Shown here in pieces: positions 8,092-16,597 of a DNA stretch of 32,000 nucleotides. Under the pieces are notes generated by a model. That model did no database searches. It saw only the letters and a list, made by a program, of their open reading frames with translations, and was not told the origin of the DNA. Position 1 is the first letter of the stretch. The number at the start of each line of letters is the position of its first letter. Made by a program: the position numbers and the translations under genes. Source of the DNA: Candidatus Pacearchaeota archaeon (lineage in GTDB: Archaea; Nanobdellota; Nanobdellia; Pacearchaeales; GW2011-AR1); assembly GCA_019662115.1 (NCBI GenBank), contig JAIFVW010000002.1, forward strand, positions 1-32,000, given 5' to 3'.

Positions 8092-8699
8092 TAGTGGAAC
8101 CACCCTCCAAGAGCATACCTGTCTTTATTGCTTATGTTTTCCTCAACTTCATGATATGAGATAGGAGAAACCTCGAAAAGCATCAAGGAATTCCACAAAG
8201 GAGGATACTTTTTTGCAATACTAGTTGGTTTCTTATCTTTAGAATTAAAAAATACAAGACTCCCGCCCTCTCTTTCTTTAAAATCTTCTGATAAATAAAG
8301 TATATAAGCTATTTTCCTTCCGCTTAACTGATCGTCATGGCACAATAAATAATTAGTATCTTTATACAAACTTCCAGCCATATCAATCTTAGTTGCCTTT
8401 ATTCCAGTTATTTCTTTAATAATTTCCAAGAATTCAGAAGAGGAAAATAATGAATAAACCTCTTTCAATACTTTATTATTAGTGCTCTCCAAATCCTTTG
8501 TCTGGTAAAGATGGAACAAGTCAGCTTCCTTTTCCTCAAATTTTTCCTTCTTCAAGGCCTGAACAATCTTTCTTGCCCTTGGCTCATTTAAAAAATCTTT
8601 AACGAGAACATGCCTAAAAGGTTTAGATATATCAAATTGCTTCTTCAGGCTTTCCTTGGAGTCAATAACTGAACGATTAACAAAAATATCTGTTTTCAT
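8091..8699 (-). CDS. OGFOD1/Tpa1-like 2OG-Fe(II) prolyl hydroxylase (catalytic-domain homolog)
   Basis: LLCHDDQLSGRKIAYILYL...GGSLVFF...LMLFEVSPISYHEV...ALGGWFH closely mirrors the OGFOD1 N-terminal domain, with HxD...H iron ligands intact. Confidence 0.7.
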   Translation of the reverse strand: MKTDIFVNRSVIDSKESLKKQFDISKPFRHVLVKDFLNEPRARKIVQALKKEKFEEKEADLFHLYQTKDLESTNNKVLKEVYSLFSSSEFLEIIKEITGIKATKIDMAGSLYKDTNYLLCHDDQLSGRKIAYILYLSEDFKEREGGSLVFFNSKDKKPTSIAKKYPPLWNSLMLFEVSPISYHEVEENISNKDRYALGGWFH

Positions 8700-8729
8700 A
8701 TAGAACTACTAAAAATAAGATATAAAAAA

Positions 8730-9710
8730 CTATTCTTCGTCTTTGACGCCTGCTTCACTTACAAAAAACTGTGCCTCGTTGTCAGGAAGATTTGGAGAGT
8801 CGATAAGCTTAGCTACCCTGCTTCCCTGCTTTCCTCTTCTGAAATACATCCTATAAGTGGAAGCGTGTCCTACTATGTTTCCGCCGATAGCAGTTGTAGG
8901 ATCTCCAAACATCATTGCAGGATTAGCCATGACCTGATTCGTGACATAAACAGCAAGATTATGTTGCTCTGCCATTCTAATTAAATTATGCAAGTATCTG
9001 TTTAATTTCTGCTGCCTGTCAGCCAGCTGTCCTCTTCCTGCAAACTCGGCTCTAAAGTGAGCTGTAAGAGAGTCTATGATGACAAGCTTGATAGGCTCAC
9101 CATCCTTTATCATCTCATTTATCTTATCAATAAGGAGAATCTGATGGTCTGAGTTGAATGCCCTAGCCACTAAGATATTCTTTAGCACTTTGTCAGCACT
9201 TGCACCCATAGCTTCTGCAATTTGCCTTATTCTTGCGGGCCTGAATGTCCCCTCTGTATCAATATATACTGCTTTCCCATTTACTCCTCCCTGTTCTTTT
9301 GGAAGCTGCGCATTCACAGCAAGAGTTAAAGCCAGCTGTGTCTTCCCGCTTCCAAATGCTCCATAAGCCTCAGTCATAGACCGAGTCTCTACACCTTTTC
9401 CTCCCAGAAGATTATTCAAATTATTAGATCCTGTAGAAATATATCCAACATCCTCTCTTTTCTTGGCAAATTCCATGCCATCCATAAATCCAAGGTTAAG
9501 AAGGCCTCTTGCTGCCTGGATTGCTTTCCTGGCAACTGCTTCGCCGATGCCTGCAAGTTCGGATAATGAAGGAGGACTCATAACGGCAAGCCCCATTAAG
9601 TCATATACTCCTGCTGCCTCTAGCTTTGCTGCGATTCCTGGACCGATGCCTGGAATATCCGTAAGAGTTGCCTCTCCCTTTTCTTGAGTTTCACTTTTTG
9701 TCATAGTCAC
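8730..9710 (-). CDS. radA: DNA repair and recombination protein RadA
   Basis: 326 aa. N-terminal HhH (LTDIPGIGPGIAAKLEAAGV). Walker A GAFGSGKTQ. Walker B LVIIDS. Clear RadA/Rad51 family pattern. Confidence 0.92.
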   Translation of the reverse strand: MTMTKSETQEKGEATLTDIPGIGPGIAAKLEAAGVYDLMGLAVMSPPSLSELAGIGEAVARKAIQAARGLLNLGFMDGMEFAKKREDVGYISTGSNNLNNLLGGKGVETRSMTEAYGAFGSGKTQLALTLAVNAQLPKEQGGVNGKAVYIDTEGTFRPARIRQIAEAMGASADKVLKNILVARAFNSDHQILLIDKINEMIKDGEPIKLVIIDSLTAHFRAEFAGRGQLADRQQKLNRYLHNLIRMAEQHNLAVYVTNQVMANPAMMFGDPTTAIGGNIVGHASTYRMYFRRGKQGSRVAKLIDSPNLPDNEAQFFVSEAGVKDEE

Positions 9711-9822
9711 TGAAAAAGACTGTTATTTATAAACATTGTAGTAATGAATAATACACATTAGAATAGTGTGTACTATAAAGATCATTGAACTCTATTAATA
9801 AACTTTGTGTTGGCGACGATAT

Positions 9823-10272
9823 TTATATGAAAAACAGTATGAAGAGAGCTATGTCTACAACACAGAAGAGCAGAAAAATACTGTCTTCAACCCTTCCTCC
9901 AGTTCTTACATGCCCTGCAACTTTGCTCTTGAAAGGCCAGAATGGCTGTATTCCATCAACAGTGAAGCTATCAGCCAGAAGATGAAATGAGTATCCTAGA
10001 AAAAAAGGCAATGCAGCTATTGGATAGTATAATGATAACGCTAAAGCAACTATTGTGCAAAATGTAAAGCTATGGATGAATCCTCTATGCTTGACGAAGA
10101 ACTGGATAGGCCTGAACAAAGGTCGTTTTCCCATGTATGAAAACCCAGAATCTATGTCTGGAAGAAGAGAGGCAAACAATATGACTGGAAGAAATATCCA
10201 TACGTGCTCAACATGAGGTAAAAAAAACAATAAGACTGCAATTCCAAGAGCAAGATGGGTTCTCATTATCAT
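9823..10272 (-). CDS. Membrane-bound metal-dependent hydrolase (DUF457/YdjM-like)
   Basis: 149 aa, multi-TM. Matching motifs: THLALG, LPDIDS, HRGFIHS, HLLADS. Confidence 0.65.
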   Translation of the reverse strand: MIMRTHLALGIAVLLFFLPHVEHVWIFLPVILFASLLPDIDSGFSYMGKRPLFRPIQFFVKHRGFIHSFTFCTIVALALSLYYPIAALPFFLGYSFHLLADSFTVDGIQPFWPFKSKVAGHVRTGGRVEDSIFLLFCVVDIALFILFFI

Positions 10273-10319
10273 CTCACTTATAAAAATATGAAAATTATAA
10301 ACCTATTGCTTATCATGCA

Positions 10320-11255
10320 TTATGCTTTTTGTTCGAGCTCATGTATCAATAGATCAACATTAACATCTTCAATGTTATCGACTGTAAATTCAATTGTATT
10401 GAACAACGCATTGTTTCTCACATTCCCTACAAAGAACCTTTCCTCTCCAAGCAAGGAACTCTTTTTTTCAGCAAATCTTTCAAGGGAGAAAACTTCCTCT
10501 GGAGTTAGGCCAAGCTTGTAGATGTGCTCTCCGAATATTACTGCCCTTAGCGCCTCAGTGCCATCATCTAGAATAAGATTCAGTAATGCTCTCTGTGCAG
10601 GCTTGACTTTCCCATGATTAATGCACTGGTCCTCAGCAACCTTCTTTCCGCACTGAGGGCATACTTCAAAATATCTTGGATCAAAGGCCTGAACAATCAA
10701 TGCTCTTGTTTTAAGATTCTCTCCTGGCTTTACATCCTTCAGCTTCTTGCTTAGAGTTGGCTTCTTTGTAACAACAACGCTAATGCTTTCCTTACTTTTC
10801 TTTAAGTCTGAGAATGAAGACAAATGAAGCTCTCCATTCCTTACGCTTGCATTAGAAACCTCGATCACATCCCCCTCCTTCAGCTCTCCCTGCTCAACCA
10901 AAGATATATGATGTGTGTCCCATAATACTACTTTAGTGTTTGAGCTTTCATCGGCGACAGTCATCCTTGAGACTTTGCCCTCCTTGCCATTTTTATTGAA
11001 TGAGATTACAGGAAGAACTTCGATAACTTTTCCAACAATATTTGCCCTCTTCATCCCTTGCACAAGCTCAGAAATTTTCATCCTTTCCTTGTCAAAATTA
11101 ATTCCAAGCTCTGCAGCGACAATCTGTGCCGCTCCCTCTTTGGATACTAATCCAGAAAGCTTTGCTCTTTTGGCTTCTACCTTCCTCTCAATTTCATCTG
11201 CAGTTAGATGAGAGGCGCTAGCAATTCTTTCGACAAGTTGTAAATAGTTATCCAT
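10320..11255 (-). CDS. Replication protein A-like ssDNA-binding protein (OB folds + zinc finger)
   Basis: 311 aa. N-terminal helical domain (LSGLVSKEGAAQIVAAELGI). OB segments (ANIVGKVIEV...VADESS...VVLWD). CPQCGKKV..C.NHG zinc motif. Confidence 0.75.
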   Translation of the reverse strand: MDNYLQLVERIASASHLTADEIERKVEAKRAKLSGLVSKEGAAQIVAAELGINFDKERMKISELVQGMKRANIVGKVIEVLPVISFNKNGKEGKVSRMTVADESSNTKVVLWDTHHISLVEQGELKEGDVIEVSNASVRNGELHLSSFSDLKKSKESISVVVTKKPTLSKKLKDVKPGENLKTRALIVQAFDPRYFEVCPQCGKKVAEDQCINHGKVKPAQRALLNLILDDGTEALRAVIFGEHIYKLGLTPEEVFSLERFAEKKSSLLGEERFFVGNVRNNALFNTIEFTVDNIEDVNVDLLIHELEQKA

Positions 11256-11352
11256 TATTCCTCTTTGATATAGAACTCCCGAATGTATTTATAAACATTT
11301 ATATAGTGTTTTTCCCTTTAAAAACTACCTTCATGAAAGGAGGTTTACATAT

Positions 11353-11712
11353 ATGGCAAACGTACAAAAGACCTTCGCTCTCGTGTTAGGTATTGTATTG
11401 CTTCTCGTTGGAATTCTTGGTTTCTTCAGCAATGGAATTGTTAGTGAAACAGGATACTTTACAGTAAATACAACGCAAAGCGTACTTCACCTTATCGCAG
11501 GACTATTTGGTCTTTACGTAGGCACCAAAGGACGGGGACCAGGATACAATGCAACACTCGGTTGGATTGGAATAATTCTTGGAGTTCTTGGATTTATTCC
11601 AGGAGCTAGCGACTTACTCCTTAGCTGGCTTAACATTACCACACCTATCAGTGTATTACACATTGTAATTGGTATAGTAGCTCTTGGCGTCTATTACGGA
11701 ACAAGAAAGTAA
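11353..11712 (+). CDS. DUF4383-like small membrane protein
   Basis: 119 aa, 4 TM. GILGFFSN...VLHLIAGLFGLY pattern. GGAGGT lies 8 nt upstream of the ATG. Confidence 0.6.
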   Translation: MANVQKTFALVLGIVLLLVGILGFFSNGIVSETGYFTVNTTQSVLHLIAGLFGLYVGTKGRGPGYNATLGWIGIILGVLGFIPGASDLLLSWLNITTPISVLHIVIGIVALGVYYGTRK

Positions 11713-11723
11713 GACTGCATAAG

Positions 11724-11751
11724 TTTTAATTTTATTTTTTAATTCCTTTTT
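11724..11751 (+). terminator. Oligo-T archaeal terminator region
   Basis: ttttaattttattttttaattccttttt lies immediately after the stop at 11712. Confidence 0.4.
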
Positions 11752-11791
11752 CTATATCAAAGTTTATATACCCTCAGTTTCAAGAAAGAGG

Positions 11792-12064
11792 ATGGCAACA
11801 GTAACTCTTATCATAAAAATCATGCCGGATTCGCCTGAGGCAGATCTCCAGGCTATAAAGACTCACGCGCAGCATGCAATGGATAAAGAAGGAGCAAAGC
11901 ATATTCACTTTGAAGAGAAGCCTATTGCCTTTGGATTGAAGGCAGTAATGATGAAGTTTGACCTTCCAGAGGAAAAAGGGACAGAAACAGTAGAGCAGCA
12001 TCTTTCAGCAATACATCATGTTTCTTCTGTGACTATAGAAGACTATCGAAGAGCTTTCGGATAA
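11792..12064 (+). CDS. Elongation factor aEF-1 beta
   Basis: 90 aa. VTLIIKIMPDSPE...IAFGLKAV...VSSVTIEDYRRAFG matches the aEF-1beta family. TATA box (gTTTATATAcc) about 25 nt upstream. Confidence 0.85.
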   Translation: MATVTLIIKIMPDSPEADLQAIKTHAQHAMDKEGAKHIHFEEKPIAFGLKAVMMKFDLPEEKGTETVEQHLSAIHHVSSVTIEDYRRAFG

Positions 12065-12098
12065 AAACTTCTATAAACCTAATTCTCTTAAAAAACTC

Positions 12099-12719
12099 AT
12101 GGCTCTCACCCCTGAACAGATCAAGGAACTTAAAGGCCAGCTTCTGAAGCAAATTCAGCATCTGCCTCAAGATCAAAAGCGTGAGTTTGAGCATAAGATT
12201 GACGAAATGAGTCCTGAAGCACTAGAGCTGATGCTAAACCAGCAAAAGCAGGGTAAACAAGACAAGACTATTTTTAGAATGATTGTTGACAAAGACGTAC
12301 CTTCAACGATTATTGAAGAAAATGGGCAGGCTCTAGCAGTCCTAGATATCAATCCTATATCTCAAGGACACACGCTCATAATACCTAAAAATCATGCCAA
12401 GAAACCCGAGGATATCTCCTCGCCTGTTTTCACTCTCGCAAAAAAACTTGCAAAGAAAATTTCCCTTGAGCTTAAGCCAAAATCAGTTGACATTCTACCA
12501 GAAACAAAATTTGGGGAGACTGTAATAAACCTTCTTCCAATATATAATGTTCAAGTTTCTCTCCAGTCTGAGAGAAAAAAGTCCTCTACAGAAGAGCTTG
12601 AAAAAATAGCTCAAAAATTAAGGGCAAGAAAGAAAAAAGATAAAGCGGAAGTAATTAAGATAAGAAAGATAACATCCACTGAAAATCCAGTCGTGAAGTT
12701 GCCCAGAAGAATACCATAA
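12099..12719 (+). CDS. HIT-fold protein lacking the histidine triad, with charged N- and C-terminal extensions
   Basis: The core ALAVLDINPISQGHTLIIPKNH is HIT-like. The HxHxH position reads TVINLLPIYN. Confidence 0.6.
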   Translation: MALTPEQIKELKGQLLKQIQHLPQDQKREFEHKIDEMSPEALELMLNQQKQGKQDKTIFRMIVDKDVPSTIIEENGQALAVLDINPISQGHTLIIPKNHAKKPEDISSPVFTLAKKLAKKISLELKPKSVDILPETKFGETVINLLPIYNVQVSLQSERKKSSTEELEKIAQKLRARKKKDKAEVIKIRKITSTENPVVKLPRRIP

Positions 12720-13503
12720 TTACGAATGCAAAAAGGAATGCAGGGACAAATGGTATTCCCTCTCTGACAAGCGCAGGTTTTCTGAATTTTCTCAGCAACT
12801 TTATGTCTTTCCAAATCAGTCCATGAACGCTTTTCTTTATTACTTTCCCTCCAACCCTGATATCACTATGTAGCCAATCGCCTTCAGTGAGATTTTTAGC
12901 TGGAATTTTCTTGATCATGCAGACTTCAAGTGATTTTAGATAGAAATAAAGCAATGGAAACAAGAAAAATAAGAAGAGGCTAGATACAAACAATTCAGTT
13001 GAATGCGAGAATATCTTTACTAAAGACGAGGCAATTACGGAAAAAACAAACAAGAAGGCATATTTCTTGAATTGCGATTCAAATTCTTTCTTGAATATCT
13101 TATAGTTCCTATTAACTATAAATATACTATAAAGAAGGCTGTACAAGGCTCCTAAAAAGAAAAGAAGGAAAATAAATGCAAGAGCTATGAAGGATAATTC
13201 AATTGAAGATCCAAAGGGCAATACTGCGCCCAGCCCCATAAGGAGTTTTGCATCTCCCCCTGCAAATGCCTTTGCATAATAAAATGCATATGCAAGGCAA
13301 AAGAATGCTCCAAATCCAATAATTCCCCACATGAAAAAGCTAAAGTCATTTGTGAAGACCGAGTAAAAAGCTCTATACGCAAGAGCAAAGGCAACAAGAG
13401 AAAAGTTAAGCCAGTTTGAAACCTCTCTTGTCCTAAGATCTTGTACAGTCGCCCATGCTATCCAGACAAAAGCCAGCCCAAATAGAAAATAATATTCCTG
13501 CAT
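12655..13503 (-). CDS. A24-family prepilin/preflagellin peptidase (archaeal type, no methyltransferase domain)
   Basis: 282 aa, polytopic. First catalytic Asp in TVQDLRTREVSN; second in FAGGDAKLLMGLG (GxGD). C-terminal IPFVPAF. Soluble insert between TM helices, as in the archaeal A24 C-terminal domain. Confidence 0.8.
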   Translation of the reverse strand: MQEYYFLFGLAFVWIAWATVQDLRTREVSNWLNFSLVAFALAYRAFYSVFTNDFSFFMWGIIGFGAFFCLAYAFYYAKAFAGGDAKLLMGLGAVLPFGSSIELSFIALAFIFLLFFLGALYSLLYSIFIVNRNYKIFKKEFESQFKKYAFLFVFSVIASSLVKIFSHSTELFVSSLFLFFLFPLLYFYLKSLEVCMIKKIPAKNLTEGDWLHSDIRVGGKVIKKSVHGLIWKDIKLLRKFRKPALVREGIPFVPAFLFAFVIMVFFWATSRLDFQWMLSFLS

Positions 13504-13540
13504 TCCCAGAAAAACACGATAACCTTTATTAAACTTTATA

Positions 13541-13660
13541 CTATGACCTTAAAGGGATATTGGCAGCTCTATTTTTACCGCCCTTCTTATACTTGTTATA
13601 CCTTCCTTTAGCTCTTTTGTCATTCCTGCTCTTTCTCTTTTCTGAAAATCCGTAATCCAT
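13541..13660 (-). CDS. Small highly basic ORF (39 aa), unknown function
   Basis: MDYGFSEKRKSRNDKRAKGRYNKYKKGGKNRAANIPLRS. Missing from the track. Own TATA-like box (cTTATAAAtg, about 13683-13692) roughly 25 nt upstream. Confidence 0.35.
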   Translation of the reverse strand: MDYGFSEKRKSRNDKRAKGRYNKYKKGGKNRAANIPLRS

Positions 13661-13698
13661 ATTAGTAAGAATTAATTAACATTTATAAGATTATCTAG

Positions 13699-14136
13699 TT
13701 AAGCAAATAAACTTGTACAGTTAGAATTACTTGCAACAAGCTGATTATTGACTTTTGATTTTCCATTATAGCTTGAGTCTGCAATAAGTTCCTGGCATTT
13801 AACTACACGTGGATCGGTTGCTCCCTTAGGGCATACTATTTTGGTAGAACCGATGCTTCCCTGTAACCTAGGATCCATGCAGTTGACATATTCTGTAACT
13901 CCATCTATCTTAGTCTTTTTCACCTGACAAAAATCTAACTGAAGATTAGCCTCGTTGCTTACTTTACAAGACTGGGCAAGAGTCTCAAGACTCTGTCCTG
14001 GAGCTAATCCTATCTTTCCAAAAATGTAATCCCATCCCATGTAGAACCCTAGAATAATGAACACAAGTACGACAATACCTAGAATGATAAGGATAAGTGT
14101 CGTAATAGACAGATCCTGCCCTCTTTTATCTTGCAT
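13699..14136 (-). CDS. Class III signal peptide (type IV pilin-like) protein, 145 aa, 6 Cys
   Basis: N-terminus MQDKRG-QDLSITTLILIILGIVVLVFIILGF. Own TATA box about 25 nt upstream. Confidence 0.7.
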   Translation of the reverse strand: MQDKRGQDLSITTLILIILGIVVLVFIILGFYMGWDYIFGKIGLAPGQSLETLAQSCKVSNEANLQLDFCQVKKTKIDGVTEYVNCMDPRLQGSIGSTKIVCPKGATDPRVVKCQELIADSSYNGKSKVNNQLVASNSNCTSLFA

Positions 14137-14155
14137 TGTTTAGAGAACATTTAGT

Positions 14156-14166
14156 TATTTATAAAT
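14156..14166 (-). promoter_or_regulatory. Internal TATA box for the last pilin-like gene
   Basis: Reads ATTTATAAATA on the minus strand, centred about 25 nt upstream of the ATG at 14136. Confidence 0.5.
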
Positions 14167-14167
14167 C

Positions 14168-14632
14168 TTATTGATAGGAAGTTCTCTTCCCATCCCTGTC
14201 AAATGTTATGTGTATGTCGAATCTTCGTATGGCTGTTTCCTGTTTATTCTGGGCCTGGACAAACAATCCTGGAATAGAAAGATCATAAGAACTGCCTAAA
14301 GATGAAAATTGAAATAATCTATTTCCTACTATTACAAATAAATTTCCGGCTCCATCAATCTGTGGAGTCTCAAGCAGATGCTGCATAAATCTGCTCTTTA
14401 ATTCCTCATTGCTGCACTGCTTGCACTCCTGAATAGCAAGGCTCCCAGCATTCTCAACAGAAGAAAGGACGTAATTGTAATTAAATTCCATCTCGCTTAT
14501 CATCATATGCCTTGCCTGTGATTCGTTGCTTGTCTGATTGTCATGGCTGTTGAATACAAGAAGAGCGATAATAGATACCCCTAAAGCTATAAGAGGAAGC
14601 ATTAGCATGGGAAGATCTCCTTTTTTATCCAT
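14168..14632 (-). CDS. Class III signal peptide (pilin-like) protein
   Basis: Start moved to the internal ATG, giving MDKKG-DLPMLMLPLIALGVSIIALLVF. This cuts the overlap with the upstream gene from 68 to 8 nt. Confidence 0.6.
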   Translation of the reverse strand: MDKKGDLPMLMLPLIALGVSIIALLVFNSHDNQTSNESQARHMMISEMEFNYNYVLSSVENAGSLAIQECKQCSNEELKSRFMQHLLETPQIDGAGNLFVIVGNRLFQFSSLGSSYDLSIPGLFVQAQNKQETAIRRFDIHITFDRDGKRTSYQ

Positions 14633-15236
14633 TAATCCTCTTTTTACAGTCGAAAATCTCCTTGTCAGATTCTTTTTTCTTGCAAACATCATAATAATAC
14701 TGGATTTTCTGGCTCTGTCCAGATATGCTAAAAGTATAAGTCTTTAGATTAGGATCTTCTCCTATAAACTTGCAATTGTCAGGATTATAATATGATGCAG
14801 GCAAGGAGTCTACAATATTAAGATTTCCATGAGTCCCTGTCAAGAACAATCTAAATGCGCTATCAGCCCTATTTACCTTTATACTGTTCAAGTCAGTCCA
14901 CAAGCATATATTTCCATCTCCCTTATTCAAAGAATCAAACTTCTGCAAGGATTGTATCATCTCCTTATACAATTCTCTCATTCGATCATCTTTTGACTTC
15001 TCAGACTCCTGTTTGATAAAAATAAGTGCGCTGAATACACTTTGCTGCTTTCCTTGAAATTCAATATTTTGCAAAGGCAAGTCGCTAGCTCCTTGCAAAG
15101 AAACTTCAGGATGAAAAGGAACTCCATGTGCGGACCTCAACCCTACAGACATGAAAATAAAAACAGCCATAATCAATCCAACGCTTAATATTACGGGAAA
15201 GCCTGATATAATTTTGGCAATCTGTCCTCTCTTCAT
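14625..15236 (-). CDS. Class III signal peptide (pilin-like) protein, 203 aa
   Basis: MKRG-QIAKIISGFPVILSVGLIMAVFIFM. ATGA overlap with the upstream gene. 4 Cys. Confidence 0.65.
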   Translation of the reverse strand: MKRGQIAKIISGFPVILSVGLIMAVFIFMSVGLRSAHGVPFHPEVSLQGASDLPLQNIEFQGKQQSVFSALIFIKQESEKSKDDRMRELYKEMIQSLQKFDSLNKGDGNICLWTDLNSIKVNRADSAFRLFLTGTHGNLNIVDSLPASYYNPDNCKFIGEDPNLKTYTFSISGQSQKIQYYYDVCKKKESDKEIFDCKKRING

Positions 15237-15679
15237 AAGCCCCTCCTGACATCTTGGCTGCTCACGGTTATGATAGTATACTTCTTGGAACTAATTAAAA
15301 TCTGAGAAGTGGAGCAACTTGGATAATTGGAATTCTTATTTATTCCTGTAATCCCACAAATCTCAAAATCTCCCTCTGTTGAAAATATCCCTTTAGATCC
15401 TATACACTCGACTGTATCGCAAATCTTAATCCTATAATACTTTTTGATTATACTTTCATTAATACCGCAGGTTGCATAAAAGTCAGAAGATATTTTAGAA
15501 ATGTCATGTAATGATAGGCACTTTTGAACCTGCGCATTAAGTATTGCTGCGTCTAAAGGCTTATAGTTAAAATCATCTCCAAGAGCAATAGTGTTTCCAG
15601 CTACAACCCCTCCAATAATTAACAGGCACACAAATATGAATATAAATCCTGCAAGCTGGCTATCAACCTGCCCCCTCAT
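15233..15679 (-). CDS. Class III signal peptide (pilin-like) protein, 148 aa, Cys-rich
   Basis: MRG-QVDSQLAGFIFIFVCLLIIGGVVAG. ATGA overlap with the upstream gene. Confidence 0.65.
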   Translation of the reverse strand: MRGQVDSQLAGFIFIFVCLLIIGGVVAGNTIALGDDFNYKPLDAAILNAQVQKCLSLHDISKISSDFYATCGINESIIKKYYRIKICDTVECIGSKGIFSTEGDFEICGITGINKNSNYPSCSTSQILISSKKYTIITVSSQDVRRGL

Positions 15680-16089
15680 CTGGTCCTCACGTTGATAGTT
15701 AAGAGATTTCCAGGGACTCCAAGATCCAATTTGACTTCAGGAACTACATTGTTGAAATAAGATAAACAGTTTTTCCCAGAAGTACTAAGAGAAATGCATA
15801 ATTCATTAGATGCGGGAATGACTGAAAAGATGGATTCAAATGGCACTCCATTTCTTTTTGCAATGCGGGTTGCCCTACCTACATCTATAGTTATAGAATC
15901 TCCAACCTGTGCCTGGTTGACAATACTTACAATCTCCTGTGCATAGAAGCTTCCCCATATACCTGCACCATTATTCTGCACATACAAGTAAGATCCTATC
16001 ATGAGAACAACTAAAGCTGTAATGATAAGATAAACTACATTATCCTTTATGATCTCACCTACCGATCCTTTTTTATTTAGAAGCTCCAA
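15676..16089 (-). CDS. Class III signal peptide (pilin-like) protein
   Basis: A probable TTG start at 16089 gives (M)ELLNKKG-SVGEIIKDNVVYLIITALVVLMIG. The track start at 16158 would overlap the upstream gene by 86 nt. Confidence 0.55.
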   Translation of the reverse strand: MELLNKKGSVGEIIKDNVVYLIITALVVLMIGSYLYVQNNGAGIWGSFYAQEIVSIVNQAQVGDSITIDVGRATRIAKRNGVPFESIFSVIPASNELCISLSTSGKNCLSYFNNVVPEVKLDLGVPGNLLTINVRTR

Positions 16090-16597
16090 TATAAATTCCT
16101 CCGTCAGTCTTTGACACTCTAAGTTCAACCAAGTTCTTTGGGAATTGTATATATTCAACCCCTGTATATAGTGGGAGATCTAATCCCTTGGGACTTAATC
16201 CATCAGAAACACTAGATTTAACAGTCAGTGTGCCTGCATCGAAAGTTCGACAAAGCCCCGAGCTTGTATCCTGGCAACTCTTTACAATCCTTTCCTTGCA
16301 GACGCAAAGGCAGCTTTTCAATGAGCATCTTCCTGGAGCATCAGGATTATCCTTGTTCCATCCAAGGAGATACCAATCTGCAGGTCCTTGTACTATAAAC
16401 CTTCCAGTCTCTCCATCCTTAAGCACTCCTATTTTTCCCTCAAGACTGTCAAGTACTGCTTTTGCCTTTTCAGTGTCTTGATTAGAAGTGAAAGAGTAAT
16501 ATCCGATTACAAGAGCTCCTAGTAATATTCCGATTCCTATTGCCACAACTGTAATTCCAACAACATTCTCGCTTATTTTCTCTCCTAGCCTGTTCAT
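16073..16597 (-). CDS. Class III signal peptide-like protein, 174 aa, with a CxxxCxCxC cluster
   Basis: MNRLG-EKISENVVGITVVAIGIGILLGALVIG (Glu at +5). CSLKSCLCVCKERIVKSCQDTSSGLC. ATGA overlap with the upstream gene. Confidence 0.6.
   Translation of the reverse strand: MNRLGEKISENVVGITVVAIGIGILLGALVIGYYSFTSNQDTEKAKAVLDSLEGKIGVLKDGETGRFIVQGPADWYLLGWNKDNPDAPGRCSLKSCLCVCKERIVKSCQDTSSGLCRTFDAGTLTVKSSVSDGLSPKGLDLPLYTGVEYIQFPKNLVELRVSKTDGGIYIGASK

Noticed and set aside
9752-9772. Inverted repeat TACACA-n9-TGTGTA upstream of the RadA TATA box, as a possible operator or as the terminator of the upstream hydrolase gene.
   Set aside because: The arms are only 6 bp in AT-rich DNA, so chance occurrence is likely. 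There is no flanking T-tract to support a terminator.
9785-9990. Plus-strand ORFs 9785-9985 and 9805-9990.
   Set aside because: They lie antisense to the 3' part of the DUF457 hydrolase gene, and no promoter or motif supports them.
12655-12719. 65-nt convergent overlap between the HIT-like gene and the prepilin peptidase gene.
   Set aside because: I saw no palindrome or other structure in it. Both overlapping tails look like dispensable C-terminal extensions, so this is probably just genome compaction.
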